This document shows, one piece after another, positions 19,291 to 30,033 of a stretch of DNA of 64,000 bases. The first letter of the stretch is position 1. Every line of letters begins with the position of its first letter. Made by a program: the position numbers and the translations under genes. The notes beneath the pieces are model-generated. The model was not told the origin of the DNA. It was given only the letters and a program-made list of their open reading frames with translations, and ran no database searches. This stretch comes from Pelagomonas calceolata (taxonomy: Eukaryota), in contig CAKKNE010000002.1 in NCBI GenBank assembly GCA_918797485.1, forward strand, positions 3,410,001-3,474,000, given 5' to 3'.

Positions 19291-20215
19291 ATGATGACTC
19301 GCCTCCTGCCCTGCTTCACGGTCGCGGCGGTCGCCACCGCGACGGCGACGACGACGCGCGTAACGATGGACGACGAACCCGCATTCTTCGCCGCGGCGCT
19401 CGCGCGCGACGACGCGGCGGCGCGCTGGCGCGCCGAGGCGTCGGCGGCGAACGTCCGCGCGCTCGGCGTCGCTCCCAGTGGTCGTGGCAGAAGCGCACGG
19501 CGGACGTCCAGCTCTCGTTCAAGTCGGACATGTTCGCCCCGCTCTGGCTGCTGTGGCGCGACCGCGCGGCGGGGCGACGGAATGTGACGTCGGCCGTCGA
19601 GGACGGCTTCGCGTTTTCCTGGGCCGTGAGCCCCGCGCGCGCGCTCTCGGAAAAGCCGATCCTGCACATGGCCGGCGCGGCGGGCCGCTGCGGCGACCGC
19701 ACGCTGGGGGCCGCGGCGGCGACGTGCGGCTTCTTCAAGAACGAGTGGGTGCTGCGGTCGCCGGTCCACGCGCTCTGCCGCGATCCCGCCGAGTTCGACT
19801 ACGCGCGGCCCCGCGCGCGGGTGCAACTCTAACGCCGCGTCGACGCGAGCCTCCGCAGGTCACGGACACGTCCGCGTCGCTCTTCTACGTCGAGGTCATG
19901 CGGGACCTGATCGCGAAGGGCCTGCCGGGCGGCTTCGACGCCTGCGACGCGGCGCTCTACGCGGACGAGCCGAAGCTGATGCACAAGTACACGCGGGGCG
20001 ACGGCGGCGTCGTCTACGAGTACTACGCGCGGGAGAACGCGCAGAGCGAAACGGTCTGCGGCGCGCGCTGCTTCGTGCGCGAGCGCTTCACGCACGTGAA
20101 CATCACGGACGTGGCCCTCGAGGGCACGACGGAGTCGACGCGGCGCGAGGCGCCGGGCGTCGCCGAGCGCGAGGGGCCCTGCGCGGCGCTCTGTCCGGGG
20201 GGGGTGAGTCAGTAG
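19291..20215 (+). CDS. Hypothetical secreted protein; apparent 1-nt frameshift near 19470 and a short intron ending at 19858
   Basis: Signal-peptide ORF from 19291; coding-like frame resumes RSQWSWQKRTADVQLSFKSDMFAPLW; intron (GC donor 19803 or GT donor 19821, CTAAC branch, CGCAG 19858) joins to VTDTSASLFY. Confidence 0.5.
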
Positions 20216-20264
20216 GAACAATTATACGAGCAGCAACTTGGGGGAGGAAATAATCTCGGTCGGG

Positions 20265-20738
20265 CTAGGCGCTCATGCCCAGCCACGCCGCCGCGTTCTC
20301 GTCGGCGAGCGGGCCCGACGCGTCCGAGACGATCGCCGCCGCGGCGTTCACGCTGACGGGGTCCACGAGGCGCGCGTTCTGCACGCGGAGGCGCTGGACC
20401 TCGGCGCGCAGCGCGTCGTTCTCGGCCTTGAGCGACGCGTTCTCGGCCTCGAGGGCCTCGGACTTCTCGCGGCGGCGCTTCCGCGAGGCGACGGCGTGGA
20501 GGCGGTTGCGCTCCCTCCGGGCCTGGCGCTTCCGCTCCTCCTCGCTCATCTCCGGCTTCTGCTCCTCGTCGCTCACGGGCGCGGCGGCGGCCGGCGCCGC
20601 GGCCGGGGCGGCCGGCGCCGCGGGGGCGGCCGGCGCCTCGGGCAGGAGGCTCGCGAGGGACGGGGCGTCGCCCACCTGCTGCAGCGCGCGGACGGCGACC
20701 GCGGCCGGGTCGTCGACGGGTGCTTGCGTGGCGATCAT
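20265..20738 (-). CDS. bZIP transcription factor
   Basis: RRERNRLHAVASRKRRREK basic region; LEAENASLKAENDALRAEVQRL zipper. Confidence 0.88.
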   Translation of the reverse strand: MIATQAPVDDPAAVAVRALQQVGDAPSLASLLPEAPAAPAAPAAPAAAPAAAAPVSDEEQKPEMSEEERKRQARRERNRLHAVASRKRRREKSEALEAENASLKAENDALRAEVQRLRVQNARLVDPVSVNAAAAIVSDASGPLADENAAAWLGMSA

Positions 20739-21235
20739 TGGCCTGCGCGGGTAACGGGTGTGCGCCCGCGATGGTCTCGACGGGGTGTGTTGTTGCCACG
20801 GGCTGCATTGCGTCCATTCGATGCACAGGGCATGACGGTGGCAGTGCTACCTCTGCGTCAGTGTTGTCGCCGCGTAGGCGTACGAATCGTCTTTTTGCAG
20901 CTTGCACGAGCTGATAGATTACATGACGCGGCCATCGCACAGTTTTTGTTCGTTTTTAGTGGCCGGAATAGGCCTCCGAAGTGGCACTCACGGCGGCCAC
21001 GCCAGTTTGCCTGGCTAGAGCCTGACTCGCTACTCACTCCCGCTGAGAGAGTTCCCCGAGGTGCGTCTGGGTCCACGAGGCACGCGGAGGCGCTGGACCT
21101 CGGCGCGCAGCGCGTCGTTCTCGGCCTCGGTAGAGATACCCTAGCTACATCTAGCACACCGGGCATGTAAGCTGGAGACAAAGCCGCTAGCTCAATCAGG
21201 CAGGACGATGGTTAGTCGACGGGGGAAGAGAGGGG

Positions 21236-22819
21236 CTAGGGATTCACGGTACGGGGCATCATGGGCCAGTCCACCACCGCGGGCACGTACGGCACGCCCT
21301 TGAGCTGCGCCAGCTTCGCGTCGACGCGGCGCGCGAGCCGGATGAGGTCCTCGACCTTCTCCCACTCGAGCACGAAGCGGTTCGACGGCGGGCACCGGCA
21401 GAGGAAGCCCGCGTGGCGCAGGCAGACCAGCTGATCGTTCGAGCAGTTGCAGCCGACGATGGACGCGTAGCACGTGTGCTTGCAGATGCAGCAGATCCGC
21501 GTGTCGTCGAAGTCCGCGTCGTCCTTGCCGCAGACGCGCGTGTTGTTGCCCGGCGGCGGCCCGACGCGGTCGGACACGTCGCGCAGGCCCTCCGTCCGAT
21601 ATAAATGCGGCCGCGTGCGCGCCTCCTCCTCGGCGATGCGCCAGACCTCGCCGCGGAGCGCCTCGCACGACGCAATGTCGGTGTACGTGTCGACGTTGTG
21701 CGCCAGCGTGAACATGAGGCGGTCGTGGCCGACGACGCCGAGGCGCGCGATCGTCCTATAGTGTTCGTTCGCGAGCCGCGCGTGCTGGACCCAGTCCGGC
21801 GTCGCGAAGTTCACCGCCTCCCCGATGTTAAAGCCCAGCGAGAAGCCGCCGTGGTAGGCGCGCGGGAAGGTCACGACGAACTCGCCGGGCATCTGCCGCA
21901 GCGCGTACATGGGCACGCCCCTCTTGGCGATCTCGTAGGCCGAGATCATGGTGTTGATGTTGTGCAGCGAGTCGCCCGCCGTCATGTCGCCGCCGTTCTC
22001 GTTCACCAGGGCCCGGAACGCGACCTCGAACGCGTCCGCCTTGGACCCGGGCGTGCCGTACCACTGTTTGGGGGCGCCGGCGTGGTGGTAGTTGATGCTA
22101 TAAAAGTAGTTGTCCTCGTTGTGCCAGGGGAAGGTTGAGAAGAGCATGCCCAGGTAGAGCCACGGCGACGTCACGCCCGACACGGGCTCCTCGTAGTACC
22201 GCAGCACGGACCCGGGCCACCGCGCGATGTTGTTCAGGTTCCAGCCGCTCCGCGCGTAGTACTCGTAGCTGAAGGGTTCGCATCGGTCCAAATTCTCCGC
22301 GCAGAGCTCGGGTTGCGGCGGGCCGCGCGGGAAGCCGCTCCAGTACTCCGCCGCATCAACATCGTTCCCGTAGTCGACGACGACGCCGGGCGAGCCCTGG
22401 TCGCCCCGGTCCACGATGTCCCAGTAGTCCCCCTCGAGCAGGTCGTGGTCGTAGCGGCAGTCCTCGCCTTTAAAGTGCTTCGGGTGCGTCTTCCGCACCC
22501 ACGACTTCGCGAAGGCGTCGGCCATCCAGGCGTACTCGCTCAGCGTGTAGCGGCCGCCGTCATCAAAGGAGTCGCCCTCCATGAGCAGGTCGACGCGCTG
22601 GCGCTTCGACCCAATTTTGGCCTTGGCCTCGAAGTCGACGTAGCAGTCCATCTCCCAGCCCTTCGGCGGGACGATGCGGACGATGCCGTAGCGCTCGCCC
22701 TCGGCGCGGATGGACGCGATGTAGACGTAGGGGTCCCGGAACTCGGCCAGCGTCGGGCGGTAGGTCTTCGTCTCGAGGACGCGGCCACCGGCGCGGCGCT
22801 TCTGCGGGGGGGCCTCCAT
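21236..22819 (-). CDS. JmjN-JmjC-C5HC2 histone demethylase (KDM5/JARID-like, no ARID or PHD seen)
   Basis: YRPTLAEFRDP/GIVRIVPP (JmjN), WNLNN, FPWHNED, QMPGEFVVTFPRAYHGG, EAVNF, C5HC2 Cys/His pattern. Confidence 0.92.
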   Translation of the reverse strand: MEAPPQKRRAGGRVLETKTYRPTLAEFRDPYVYIASIRAEGERYGIVRIVPPKGWEMDCYVDFEAKAKIGSKRQRVDLLMEGDSFDDGGRYTLSEYAWMADAFAKSWVRKTHPKHFKGEDCRYDHDLLEGDYWDIVDRGDQGSPGVVVDYGNDVDAAEYWSGFPRGPPQPELCAENLDRCEPFSYEYYARSGWNLNNIARWPGSVLRYYEEPVSGVTSPWLYLGMLFSTFPWHNEDNYFYSINYHHAGAPKQWYGTPGSKADAFEVAFRALVNENGGDMTAGDSLHNINTMISAYEIAKRGVPMYALRQMPGEFVVTFPRAYHGGFSLGFNIGEAVNFATPDWVQHARLANEHYRTIARLGVVGHDRLMFTLAHNVDTYTDIASCEALRGEVWRIAEEEARTRPHLYRTEGLRDVSDRVGPPPGNNTRVCGKDDADFDDTRICCICKHTCYASIVGCNCSNDQLVCLRHAGFLCRCPPSNRFVLEWEKVEDLIRLARRVDAKLAQLKGVPYVPAVVDWPMMPRTVNP

Positions 22820-23207
22820 CGCTCGCTGGGAGCGTTGCTTTTAGGCGGTCGGGGGGCCCGATATTCGGCAGCGCCCGTTTTTTTTTACGCGGGTGTCAAA
22901 ATGAGCACTGGGTGCGGCACTGATTAACCCGAAACTTACTCGAGCTCGCGGAGGCCGTCGCCCACGCTTCTCGTCGTCCTAGACCTCCAACTACTCTTGG
23001 AGATCATTGGAGATCGGAAAAAAGCTACTTAGCTATAGCTACAACGCGCTGAATCCCTCGCGCTACGCAAAGAGACCAAGCTCGCAACAACGGCAGAGGG
23101 CAGGGGCGCCGCAGACCCTCACCCTCCCGTCCTCGGACTCGCCCCGGGCCGCCCGCTCCGCGTCGGCGAGCACTCCGAAGCTGCCCACGCCGTTGTGTAA
23201 CAATACC

Positions 23208-24203
23208 ATGGTGCGCCAGGCCACGAAGAAGGTCCTCGTCGGCGACGCGGCGAAGCGCTGGGCGCTGACGATGCCGCCGACGCTGGCCATGTTCAAGAGC
23301 CGCGTGCGGCAGGTCTACGGCCTCGACAGCCGGACGCCCTTCGAGATCTGGCTCCACCCGTACGCGCGCGGCGCCGCGCCGGGCCGGGGCCGCGAGCTCG
23401 TCGCGACCGAGTCGGACTACGCGTGCGTCATCGACGGCGACGTCCTCGTGCTGCGCCTCGGCGACCGCGAGGTCGCGCCGACGCCGGAGCTCGTGCGCGC
23501 CTTCGACGGCGACGTCGAGACGGTCTACGACGCGGACTACCGGAAGCCGGAGCCCGTCAAGGACCTGCGGGGGGCGTCCGTCAGTTCCTCGCGCTACCAG
23601 AACTTCCGCGACGCCATCGACGTGCCGAACCCCTACGTCACGACGTATAAGACGGCGTTCACGCCCCAGTCGCGCTTCCTCGAGGACTCGCCGCCCAAGG
23701 ACAAGATGGCCGCGCACTATACGTGCCCGCACGGCGCGGCGACGACGACGTACCGCGCCATGTTCGCCGGCCGCGAGCCGCGCGACTTCCACGACTCGAT
23801 CCTCGAGGAGCCGTCCATCCTCCGGCGCTTCGTGGCGCCCGCGCCGCCCGCGCGCCCGCCCACGACGTCCACGAGCCGCGCCGACTTCGTGGCCTTCCCC
23901 CAGGGGCCCAAGCGCGCGCCGGCGCCGCGCGCGCTCGGCCGGGCGCCGCCGGGCGCGCGGTGGAAGCCGAGCGAGTACCGCGCGGCCTACGCCGGGCGCG
24001 CGCCCTACGCGGCGCCGGGCCTCGGCGCCGGCATCCAGTACTCCGTCCTGGGCGACGACCTGAGCGCGGCGCCGTCGCCGCCGCGCTTCGCGACGACGAC
24101 CTACCGGGGCCACTTCTCGGCGAAGCCCATGCAGGGCTCGCGCAAGATCTTCGCCGAGCCCGTTGACCGCGCCGTCGACGACGTCTCCGTCCTCTCCGGG
24201 TAG
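23208..24203 (+). CDS. Hypothetical protein with SAXO/STOP-like T-T-Y-x-x-x-F repeats
   Basis: TTYKTAF, TTTYRAMF, STSRADF, SEYRAAY, TTTYRGHF; ATG at 23208. Confidence 0.6.
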   Translation: MVRQATKKVLVGDAAKRWALTMPPTLAMFKSRVRQVYGLDSRTPFEIWLHPYARGAAPGRGRELVATESDYACVIDGDVLVLRLGDREVAPTPELVRAFDGDVETVYDADYRKPEPVKDLRGASVSSSRYQNFRDAIDVPNPYVTTYKTAFTPQSRFLEDSPPKDKMAAHYTCPHGAATTTYRAMFAGREPRDFHDSILEEPSILRRFVAPAPPARPPTTSTSRADFVAFPQGPKRAPAPRALGRAPPGARWKPSEYRAAYAGRAPYAAPGLGAGIQYSVLGDDLSAAPSPPRFATTTYRGHFSAKPMQGSRKIFAEPVDRAVDDVSVLSG

Positions 24204-24620
24204 CCTCCCGCGCGGTGGCGGAATCATAAAGTTTACTTTACCGTCTTCACTCGAGCTCTGGAAGTAGCTCTGGTCCTCGTTTCGCGCGGGTTTGGTGCTC
24301 CGGCGCCTGGTAGGGCGTGCCGCGTCTTCATGACAGCATACCTCCTTCTCAGCAGAACCGCTCCGGCAAACCCCCCCCCGAACAATGTGCAACAATGGCT
24401 GTCGACGTAGAAACCCGCGAGCTCTAGAGGCTCGGGGCTCGATCGCGGTGCCAGACCTAGCGCCTAAGATACTAGCCCGTACACACCCCCGCACCGTCGC
24501 CCGCCCGTGCAAGCTCATCTTCCTTCAGCAAATACCTCCCCCGCTGCCTGGGCCCGACAAGAACGCCCCGCGCCCGCTGCCTGAGCCACCGAGGGTAACG
24601 AGCCCCGGCCGCTCGCCGCA

Positions 24621-24911
24621 ATGCCTATGATCGCGTGCCCCTTCCCTCACATGACGCAGCACTGGGACGTGCCCCTGCCCGAGGAGCTCCCAACACCCAA
24701 GGAATGGAAAGACGCTGGTTATCCCGAGGGCATCCCCTTCGACCTCCAGGAGCTGAAGGACACGTGCAAGGAACGGAACATACCCTACGACGAACGCAGG
24801 GACGAGGAGATGTCCCTCCGAGAGAGGATCCTCCAAGACATGATCAGGCGCTACGCGCAGATCGACGGCGTGCGCTACACGAAGAAAGACAAGAAAGACA
24901 AACCGAAATGA
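24621..24911 (+). CDS. Small ORF with SAP/LEM-like helix motif; stop overlaps the next ATG
   Basis: 96 aa with protein-like composition (LQELKDTCKERNIP); TGA 24909-24911 overlaps ATG 24908-24910. Confidence 0.5.
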   Translation: MPMIACPFPHMTQHWDVPLPEELPTPKEWKDAGYPEGIPFDLQELKDTCKERNIPYDERRDEEMSLRERILQDMIRRYAQIDGVRYTKKDKKDKPK

Positions 24912-25273
24912 GCGCGATGCTCGCGCAGCGCCGCCGCGCCGCCGCCGCGAAGGCCGCCGCGCTCGCGGTCAAGGCCGGCGCGAGCGCCTACGCCGTGTCG
25001 GAGAAGGGCGGCGGCCTGACGTACGGCGAGGTCGACGCCGAGGACCTGCTCAAGTGCGTCAACACGTTCTGCGCGCCGCTCCCGGACGGCGGCTTCTGGG
25101 ACCTCGGCTCCGGCGCGGGCAGCGCGGCGCTCGCGGCCGCGCACGCCTTCGACGCGTTCGCCGCGGGCAGCGGCGGCGTCGAGCTGCAGCCCCGGCTCCA
25201 CGGCCTCGCGGTCGAGGCCAGGGGGCGGCTCGCCGCGTGGGCCGGCGCCGACGCCGCGGGCGTGCTGGACGCG

Positions 25274-25304
<31 letters not shown>

Positions 25305-25855
25305 CGGGCGCGGCGCTCGATCCCGACGCGACCGAGGCCGCGGTCGCGGCGATCCTGGGCCGCAGGGGCCTGAGGCACGCGCTCGCGGGCGTCGCCGCGA
25401 CGTCGCTCGAGGGCTACGTCTCCGCGAAGGCGCCGTTCGCCCGCGGCGCCTTCCGCGCGGAGGCCGGCGCGTGGACGCGCCTGGACGGCGCCGCGGACGC
25501 GGACGCGGCGCGCGCGGACGCGCGCGGCCGGCAGGCCCGGCGGGCGCTGGACGAGCTGCGCGCGGGCGAAGAGCCGGCCGTCGAGTTCGTCGAGGGCGAC
25601 CTGTTCGGCGCGGCGGCGGTCGCGCGGTGGCGCGGCGCGGCCGTCGTCCTGGCGAACGTGCTGCTGTTCGGCGCCGCCGACAAGGCGCGGCTCGCGGCGC
25701 TCCTCGGGGAGGCGCTGCGCCCGGGCGCCTGGGTGCTCTCGACGGCGCCGCTCGCCGACGCGCGGCTCGCGCGGCGCCAGGAGGGCGTCCACGTGAAGAC
25801 GTCCTGGACGGGCGGCGCGAAGGTCGACGTGTATCAGGTCGTAGGAGCACCCTAA
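24908..25855 (+). CDS. DOT1-like class I SAM methyltransferase
   Basis: LTYGEV, FWDLGSGAG, GVEL, FVEGDLF, VVLANVLLF, LRPGAWVLS, TSW. Confidence 0.82.
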
Positions 25856-26303
25856 TTCTCCATCCATCCCCAAGGTGCTAGCCCCAAAACCGAGTAACAG
25901 CTACTACCCTATAGACCTAGCGCGCGCTTCTACGACCGGCAGCAAGCCTACGTACACGCTCGCGGGGGATAGCTCCCCCGACACCCCTCCCTAGGCGCGT
26001 GCCCCAAAACCCGAATTGACTGCAGCTATTTCATAGAGCTAGGAGCCAGTCTGAGGAGATACCGTCCCCGGGGCGCGGCTTCAAGGGCTCCCGCGCGAAG
26101 GAAGGAACAATGAGAGAGAGAGAGATGGGGCTAGCGCCTGTACTTCAGGTAAGACACTAGGGATGCCTACCCGCAAAAGAGCATGGGGATGCGAGGGCGG
26201 CACAGTGACCTGTTGCTGAGCATCGGCCTCCCCAGCGCTCGCCGTTTTCGAATTCGAAGCGTTTGACAGCAGGCGTGAAAGAAGAAAAAAGTGCTAGCAC
26301 GGC

Positions 26304-29300
26304 ATGGCGGCGCCGCCCTCGCTCGCGGCGCGGCGCGCGCACGACCGCGTGGCGCAGGACGCCGGCCTCGCCGAGGAGCTGGCCACGGAGCTGGCCCGCG
26401 CGCTGCAGCTGCCGGGCACGAACCGCACGCTGGGCCGGACCTTCGTGCGCTACGGCCTCGCCGCGCTCAAGGAGCCGACGGAGGAGCGGGCGGAGCAGGC
26501 GTTCCTGGCCAAGGCCAAGTCCCTGGCGTCGATCCGCCCGGAGCTCGCGTCGCAGCTCCTGCACCGCGTCCGCGAGCGGCTCCGGAACGCGACGCTGCAG
26601 CTCGCGGCCGAGCGCGACGAGGCCGCCGCCGCGGCCCGGGGCGGGGCCGGGGCGCCGATCCTGGGCTTCTCGCGCGCGACGGCCGAGACGCTCCGGAGCA
26701 CGGCCTCGAACAAGGCCGGCGGCCTCGTCCAGGGCGCCCGGCCGACGTTCCGCCGGCCCGCCGCGCCCGCGCTGGGCCTGCAGGCGCTCGCGCAGGCGAA
26801 GCGCGCGGCGAAGGCCGAGCGGGACGGCGGGGCCGCGCCGGCGGCGGCGCGGCCGCGGCGGTCGGGCCTCGGCGTCGACGCGGAGGCGTGGGAGCGGCCC
26901 GTGCGCCTCGACTCGGCGCAGACCACGGCGCACGAGACGTTCTGGGGCCGCGCGGCGGCCGCGGCGGCGCCGGACGCGGCGCCGGACGCGGAGCGGCCGC
27001 CGCCGCCGCCGACGCCGCCGCCCGAGAGCTGGCGCGACCACGCGTCGAGCGGCGAGGAGGAGGAAGCCGACGGCGACGCCGCCGGGTCCGAGACGCATGA
27101 TAGGCCCCGGCGCCGGCGGGAGGAGGCCGACGCGGATTTTGATAGGCGCTACTACGACGACGACGACGGCGCGGCCGCCGACGAGGCCTTCGTGGGCGAC
27201 CGGGAGAAGTGGCAGGCGCGCGAGCAGGAGATGGCCCGGGCCCGGGCCAAGGGCGAGGGCGCGGAGAAGCTCGCGGGCATGAGCGCGCGGCGGTCGCAGC
27301 TGCACCAGGACCAGGCGGCGTGGGAGGAGAACCGGCTCGTGACGTCGGGCGTCGCGGCGGAGCGCGAGGCCGAGCTGACCTTCGATGACGACGGGGCCCA
27401 GCGCGTGACGCTGCTCGTGCACCAGCTCCGGCCGCCGTTCCTCGACGGGCGCGTCCAGTTCACGGTGCAGAGCGACGTCGTGCCGACGGTCAAGGACCCG
27501 ACGAGCGACATGGCGACGAACGCGCGGAACGGGTCGGCCCTGCTGCGGCAGATGCGCGAGGCGCGCGACCGGCAGAAGATGCGCCACCGGTTCTGGGAGC
27601 TCGGGGGCTCGCGCATGGGCAAGGCGCTGGGGGTTGATGATGAGAAGAAGGAGGACGACGCGGCGCCGCAGGAAAAAGAAGAAGAGACCTTCGACTACCG
27701 GGAGTCGTCGTCCTACGCGAAGAACGTGAGCGAGGGCAGCTCGCTCGCGACGAACGCGAGGGCGTCGGAGTTCACGGCGCGCAAGTCGGTAGCGGAGCAG
27801 CGGCGCGCGCTGCCGGCCTTCTCCGTGCGCGACGACGTCCTGACCGTGGTCAGGGACAACCAGGTCGTGATCGTGGTCGGCGAGACCGGAAGCGGCAAGA
27901 CGACGCAGCTCACGCAGTACGTGAGAGAGGACGGCTTCTGCGAGGACGGCTGTGTGGCGTGCACGCAGCCGAGAAGGGTCGCGGCGATGAGCGTCGCGGC
28001 GCGCGTCGCGCAGGAGGTCGGCTGCGAGCTGGGCGACGAGGTCGGCTACGCGATTAGATTTGAAGACGTCACGTCCGACAAAACCCAAATCAAGTACATG
28101 ACCGACGGCGTGCTGCTGAGGGAGTCGCTGCGGGACCCGGACCTCGAAAAGTATAGTGTGGTGATCATGGACGAGGCGCACGAGCGGTCGTTGCATACAG
28201 ATGTACTATTTGGGCTCCTGAAGGGCGTATTATCGCGGCGGCGCGACCTGCGGCTGGTCGTGACGTCGGCGACGCTGAACGCCGAGAAATTCTCCAGTTT
28301 CTTCGGCGGCGCCGCGCCAATCTTCCGCATTCCGGGCCGGACGTTCCCGGTCGAGAAGTACTTCGCGAAGTCGCCCTGCGAGGACCACGTCGACGGGGCG
28401 GTGAAGCAGGCCCTGGCCATCCATTTGTCCTACCCGCCGGGCGACATCCTCGTGTTCATGACGGGCCAGGAGGACGTCGAGGCGACTTGTGCTGCCATAG
28501 CGGAGCGCTTAGGTACACTAGGAGACGGCGTGCCCCCCCTCCTCCTACTCCCCATGTACTCGCAGCTGCCGGCGGACCTCCAGGCGAAGATTTTTGAGTG
28601 TGCCGAGCAGAACCAGCGGAAGTGCGTCGTCTCCACGAACGTCGCGGAGACGTCGCTGACCGTCGACGGCATTAAATATGTTGTGGATTGTGGGTACTGC
28701 AAGCTCAAGGTCTACAACCCGCGCGTGGGCATGGACGCGCTGCACGTGACGCCGGTGTCGCGCGCGAACGCGGGCCAGCGCGCGGGCCGCGCGGGCCGGA
28801 CGGGGCCGGGCTTTTGTTATCGCCTGTACACGGAGCGGCAGTTCCGGGACGAGCTGCTGGAGACGCAGGTGCCCGAGATCCAGCGGACGAACTTGGGTAA
28901 TGTGGTCTTGCTGCTCAAGTCGCTCGGCGTCGAGAACCTGCTGGACTTCGCGTTCATGGACGCGCCGCCCCAGGAGAACATTCTGAACAGCATGTACCAG
29001 CTCTGGGTGCTCGGGGCGCTCGATAATGGGGGGGGGCTGTCCGAGCTGGGCCGGAAGATGGCCGAGTTCCCGCTCGACCCGCCGCTCGCGAAGATGCTCC
29101 TCTTCGCCGAGGCCTTGGCGTGCACGTCCGAGGTGCTGACCGTCGTGTCCTGCCTGAGCGTGCCGGCCCTCTTCTTCCGGCCCAAGGACCGCGAGGCGGA
29201 GTCGGACGCCGCGCGCGAGAAGTTCTTCGTGCCCGAGTCGGACCACCTTACCCTGTTAAATGTGTATGAGCAGTGGGCGGCGCGGCGCTTCGACAAGGCC

Positions 29301-29903
29301 TGGTGCGACCGGCACTACGTGCACCACAAGGGCCTCCGGAAGGCGCGCGAGGTCCGCGGCCAGCTCGAGGACCTCATGGACCAGCAGCGCGTCCCCGTGA
29401 CGAGCTGCGGCGAGGGCGCCTGGGACGCGGTCCGCCGGGCGATCTGCTCGGCCTACTTCTTCAACGCGGCCAAGCTCAGGGGCGTCGGCGAGTACGTGAA
29501 CCTCCTGAGCGCGATCCCGTGCCACCTGCACCCGTCGTCCGCGCTCTTCGGGCTGGGCTACACGCCGGACCACGTGATCTACCACGAGCTGGTGCTGACG
29601 TCGCGGGAGTACATGAAGTGCACGACGGCCGTCGACGGCGAGTGGCTCGCCGAGCTCGGGCCCATGTTCTTCTCGGTGAAGCAGAGCTACGCGGACCGCG
29701 TCGCGAAGCGGAAGCGGGAGCGCACCGAGGCGGACGCGATGGAGGCGGACTTCGAGGACGTCCGGCGGCTGCGCGACCTCGACGCGCGCCGCGAGGCGCG
29801 CGCCGCGGCGGCGACGCCGCGGCCGGGCACGCGCATCTGCACGCCGGGCCTCGGCCGGCGGCCGCCGCGCGCGCGGCCGCCCGTGCCGCGGGGCGGCAAG
29901 TAA
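26304..29903 (+). CDS. PRP16: DEAH-box splicing helicase Prp16/DHX38
   Basis: [25 protein letters not shown]; Prp16-type N-terminal motifs [26 protein letters not shown]. Confidence 0.95.
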   Translation: MAAPPSLAARRAHDRVAQDAGLAEELATELARALQLPGTNRTLGRTFVRYGLAALKEPTEERAEQAFLAKAKSLASIRPELASQLLHRVRERLRNATLQLAAERDEAAAAARGGAGAPILGFSRATAETLRSTASNKAGGLVQGARPTFRRPAAPALGLQALAQAKRAAKAERDGGAAPAAARPRRSGLGVDAEAWERPVRLDSAQTTAHETFWGRAAAAAAPDAAPDAERPPPPPTPPPESWRDHASSGEEEEADGDAAGSETHDRPRRRREEADADFDRRYYDDDDGAAADEAFVGDREKWQAREQEMARARAKGEGAEKLAGMSARRSQLHQDQAAWEENRLVTSGVAAEREAELTFDDDGAQRVTLLVHQLRPPFLDGRVQFTVQSDVVPTVKDPTSDMATNARNGSALLRQMREARDRQKMRHRFWELGGSRMGKALGVDDEKKEDDAAPQEKEEETFDYRESSSYAKNVSEGSSLATNARASEFTARKSVAEQRRALPAFSVRDDVLTVVRDNQVVIVVGETGSGKTTQLTQYVREDGFCEDGCVACTQPRRVAAMSVAARVAQEVGCELGDEVGYAIRFEDVTSDKTQIKYMTDGVLLRESLRDPDLEKYSVVIMDEAHERSLHTDVLFGLLKGVLSRRRDLRLVVTSATLNAEKFSSFFGGAAPIFRIPGRTFPVEKYFAKSPCEDHVDGAVKQALAIHLSYPPGDILVFMTGQEDVEATCAAIAERLGTLGDGVPPLLLLPMYSQLPADLQAKIFECAEQNQRKCVVSTNVAETSLTVDGIKYVVDCGYCKLKVYNPRVGMDALHVTPVSRANAGQRAGRAGRTGPGFCYRLYTERQFRDELLETQVPEIQRTNLGNVVLLLKSLGVENLLDFAFMDAPPQENILNSMYQLWVLGALDNGGGLSELGRKMAEFPLDPPLAKMLLFAEALACTSEVLTVVSCLSVPALFFRPKDREAESDAAREKFFVPESDHLTLLNVYEQWAARRFDKAWCDRHYVHHKGLRKAREVRGQLEDLMDQQRVPVTSCGEGAWDAVRRAICSAYFFNAAKLRGVGEYVNLLSAIPCHLHPSSALFGLGYTPDHVIYHELVLTSREYMKCTTAVDGEWLAELGPMFFSVKQSYADRVAKRKRERTEADAMEADFEDVRRLRDLDARREARAAAATPRPGTRICTPGLGRRPPRARPPVPRGGK

Positions 29904-30033
29904 GCGTGTTGTGCGATACTAGTAGGGACGGACACGTGCGACAAAAGGACGTTGTAGGCAGGGGGGCTCCCGCGCGCGCGGGAGGGTCCAGGGGGGGCGA
30001 CAGGCCTCGCGTGGAGGGGGGGGGCGCTCGCGC

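Noticed and set aside
7403..25855. Apparent cluster of chromatin modifiers (SET, sirtuin, KDM5-like, DOT1-like)
   Set aside because: Interspersed with unrelated genes and drawn from large families; cannot be told apart from chance without synteny data.
28040..29270. AT-rich codon patches in long GC-rich genes, suggesting nucleosome-scale periodicity
   Set aside because: Periodicity cannot be established by eye; it needs autocorrelation of CpG or GC3 content.
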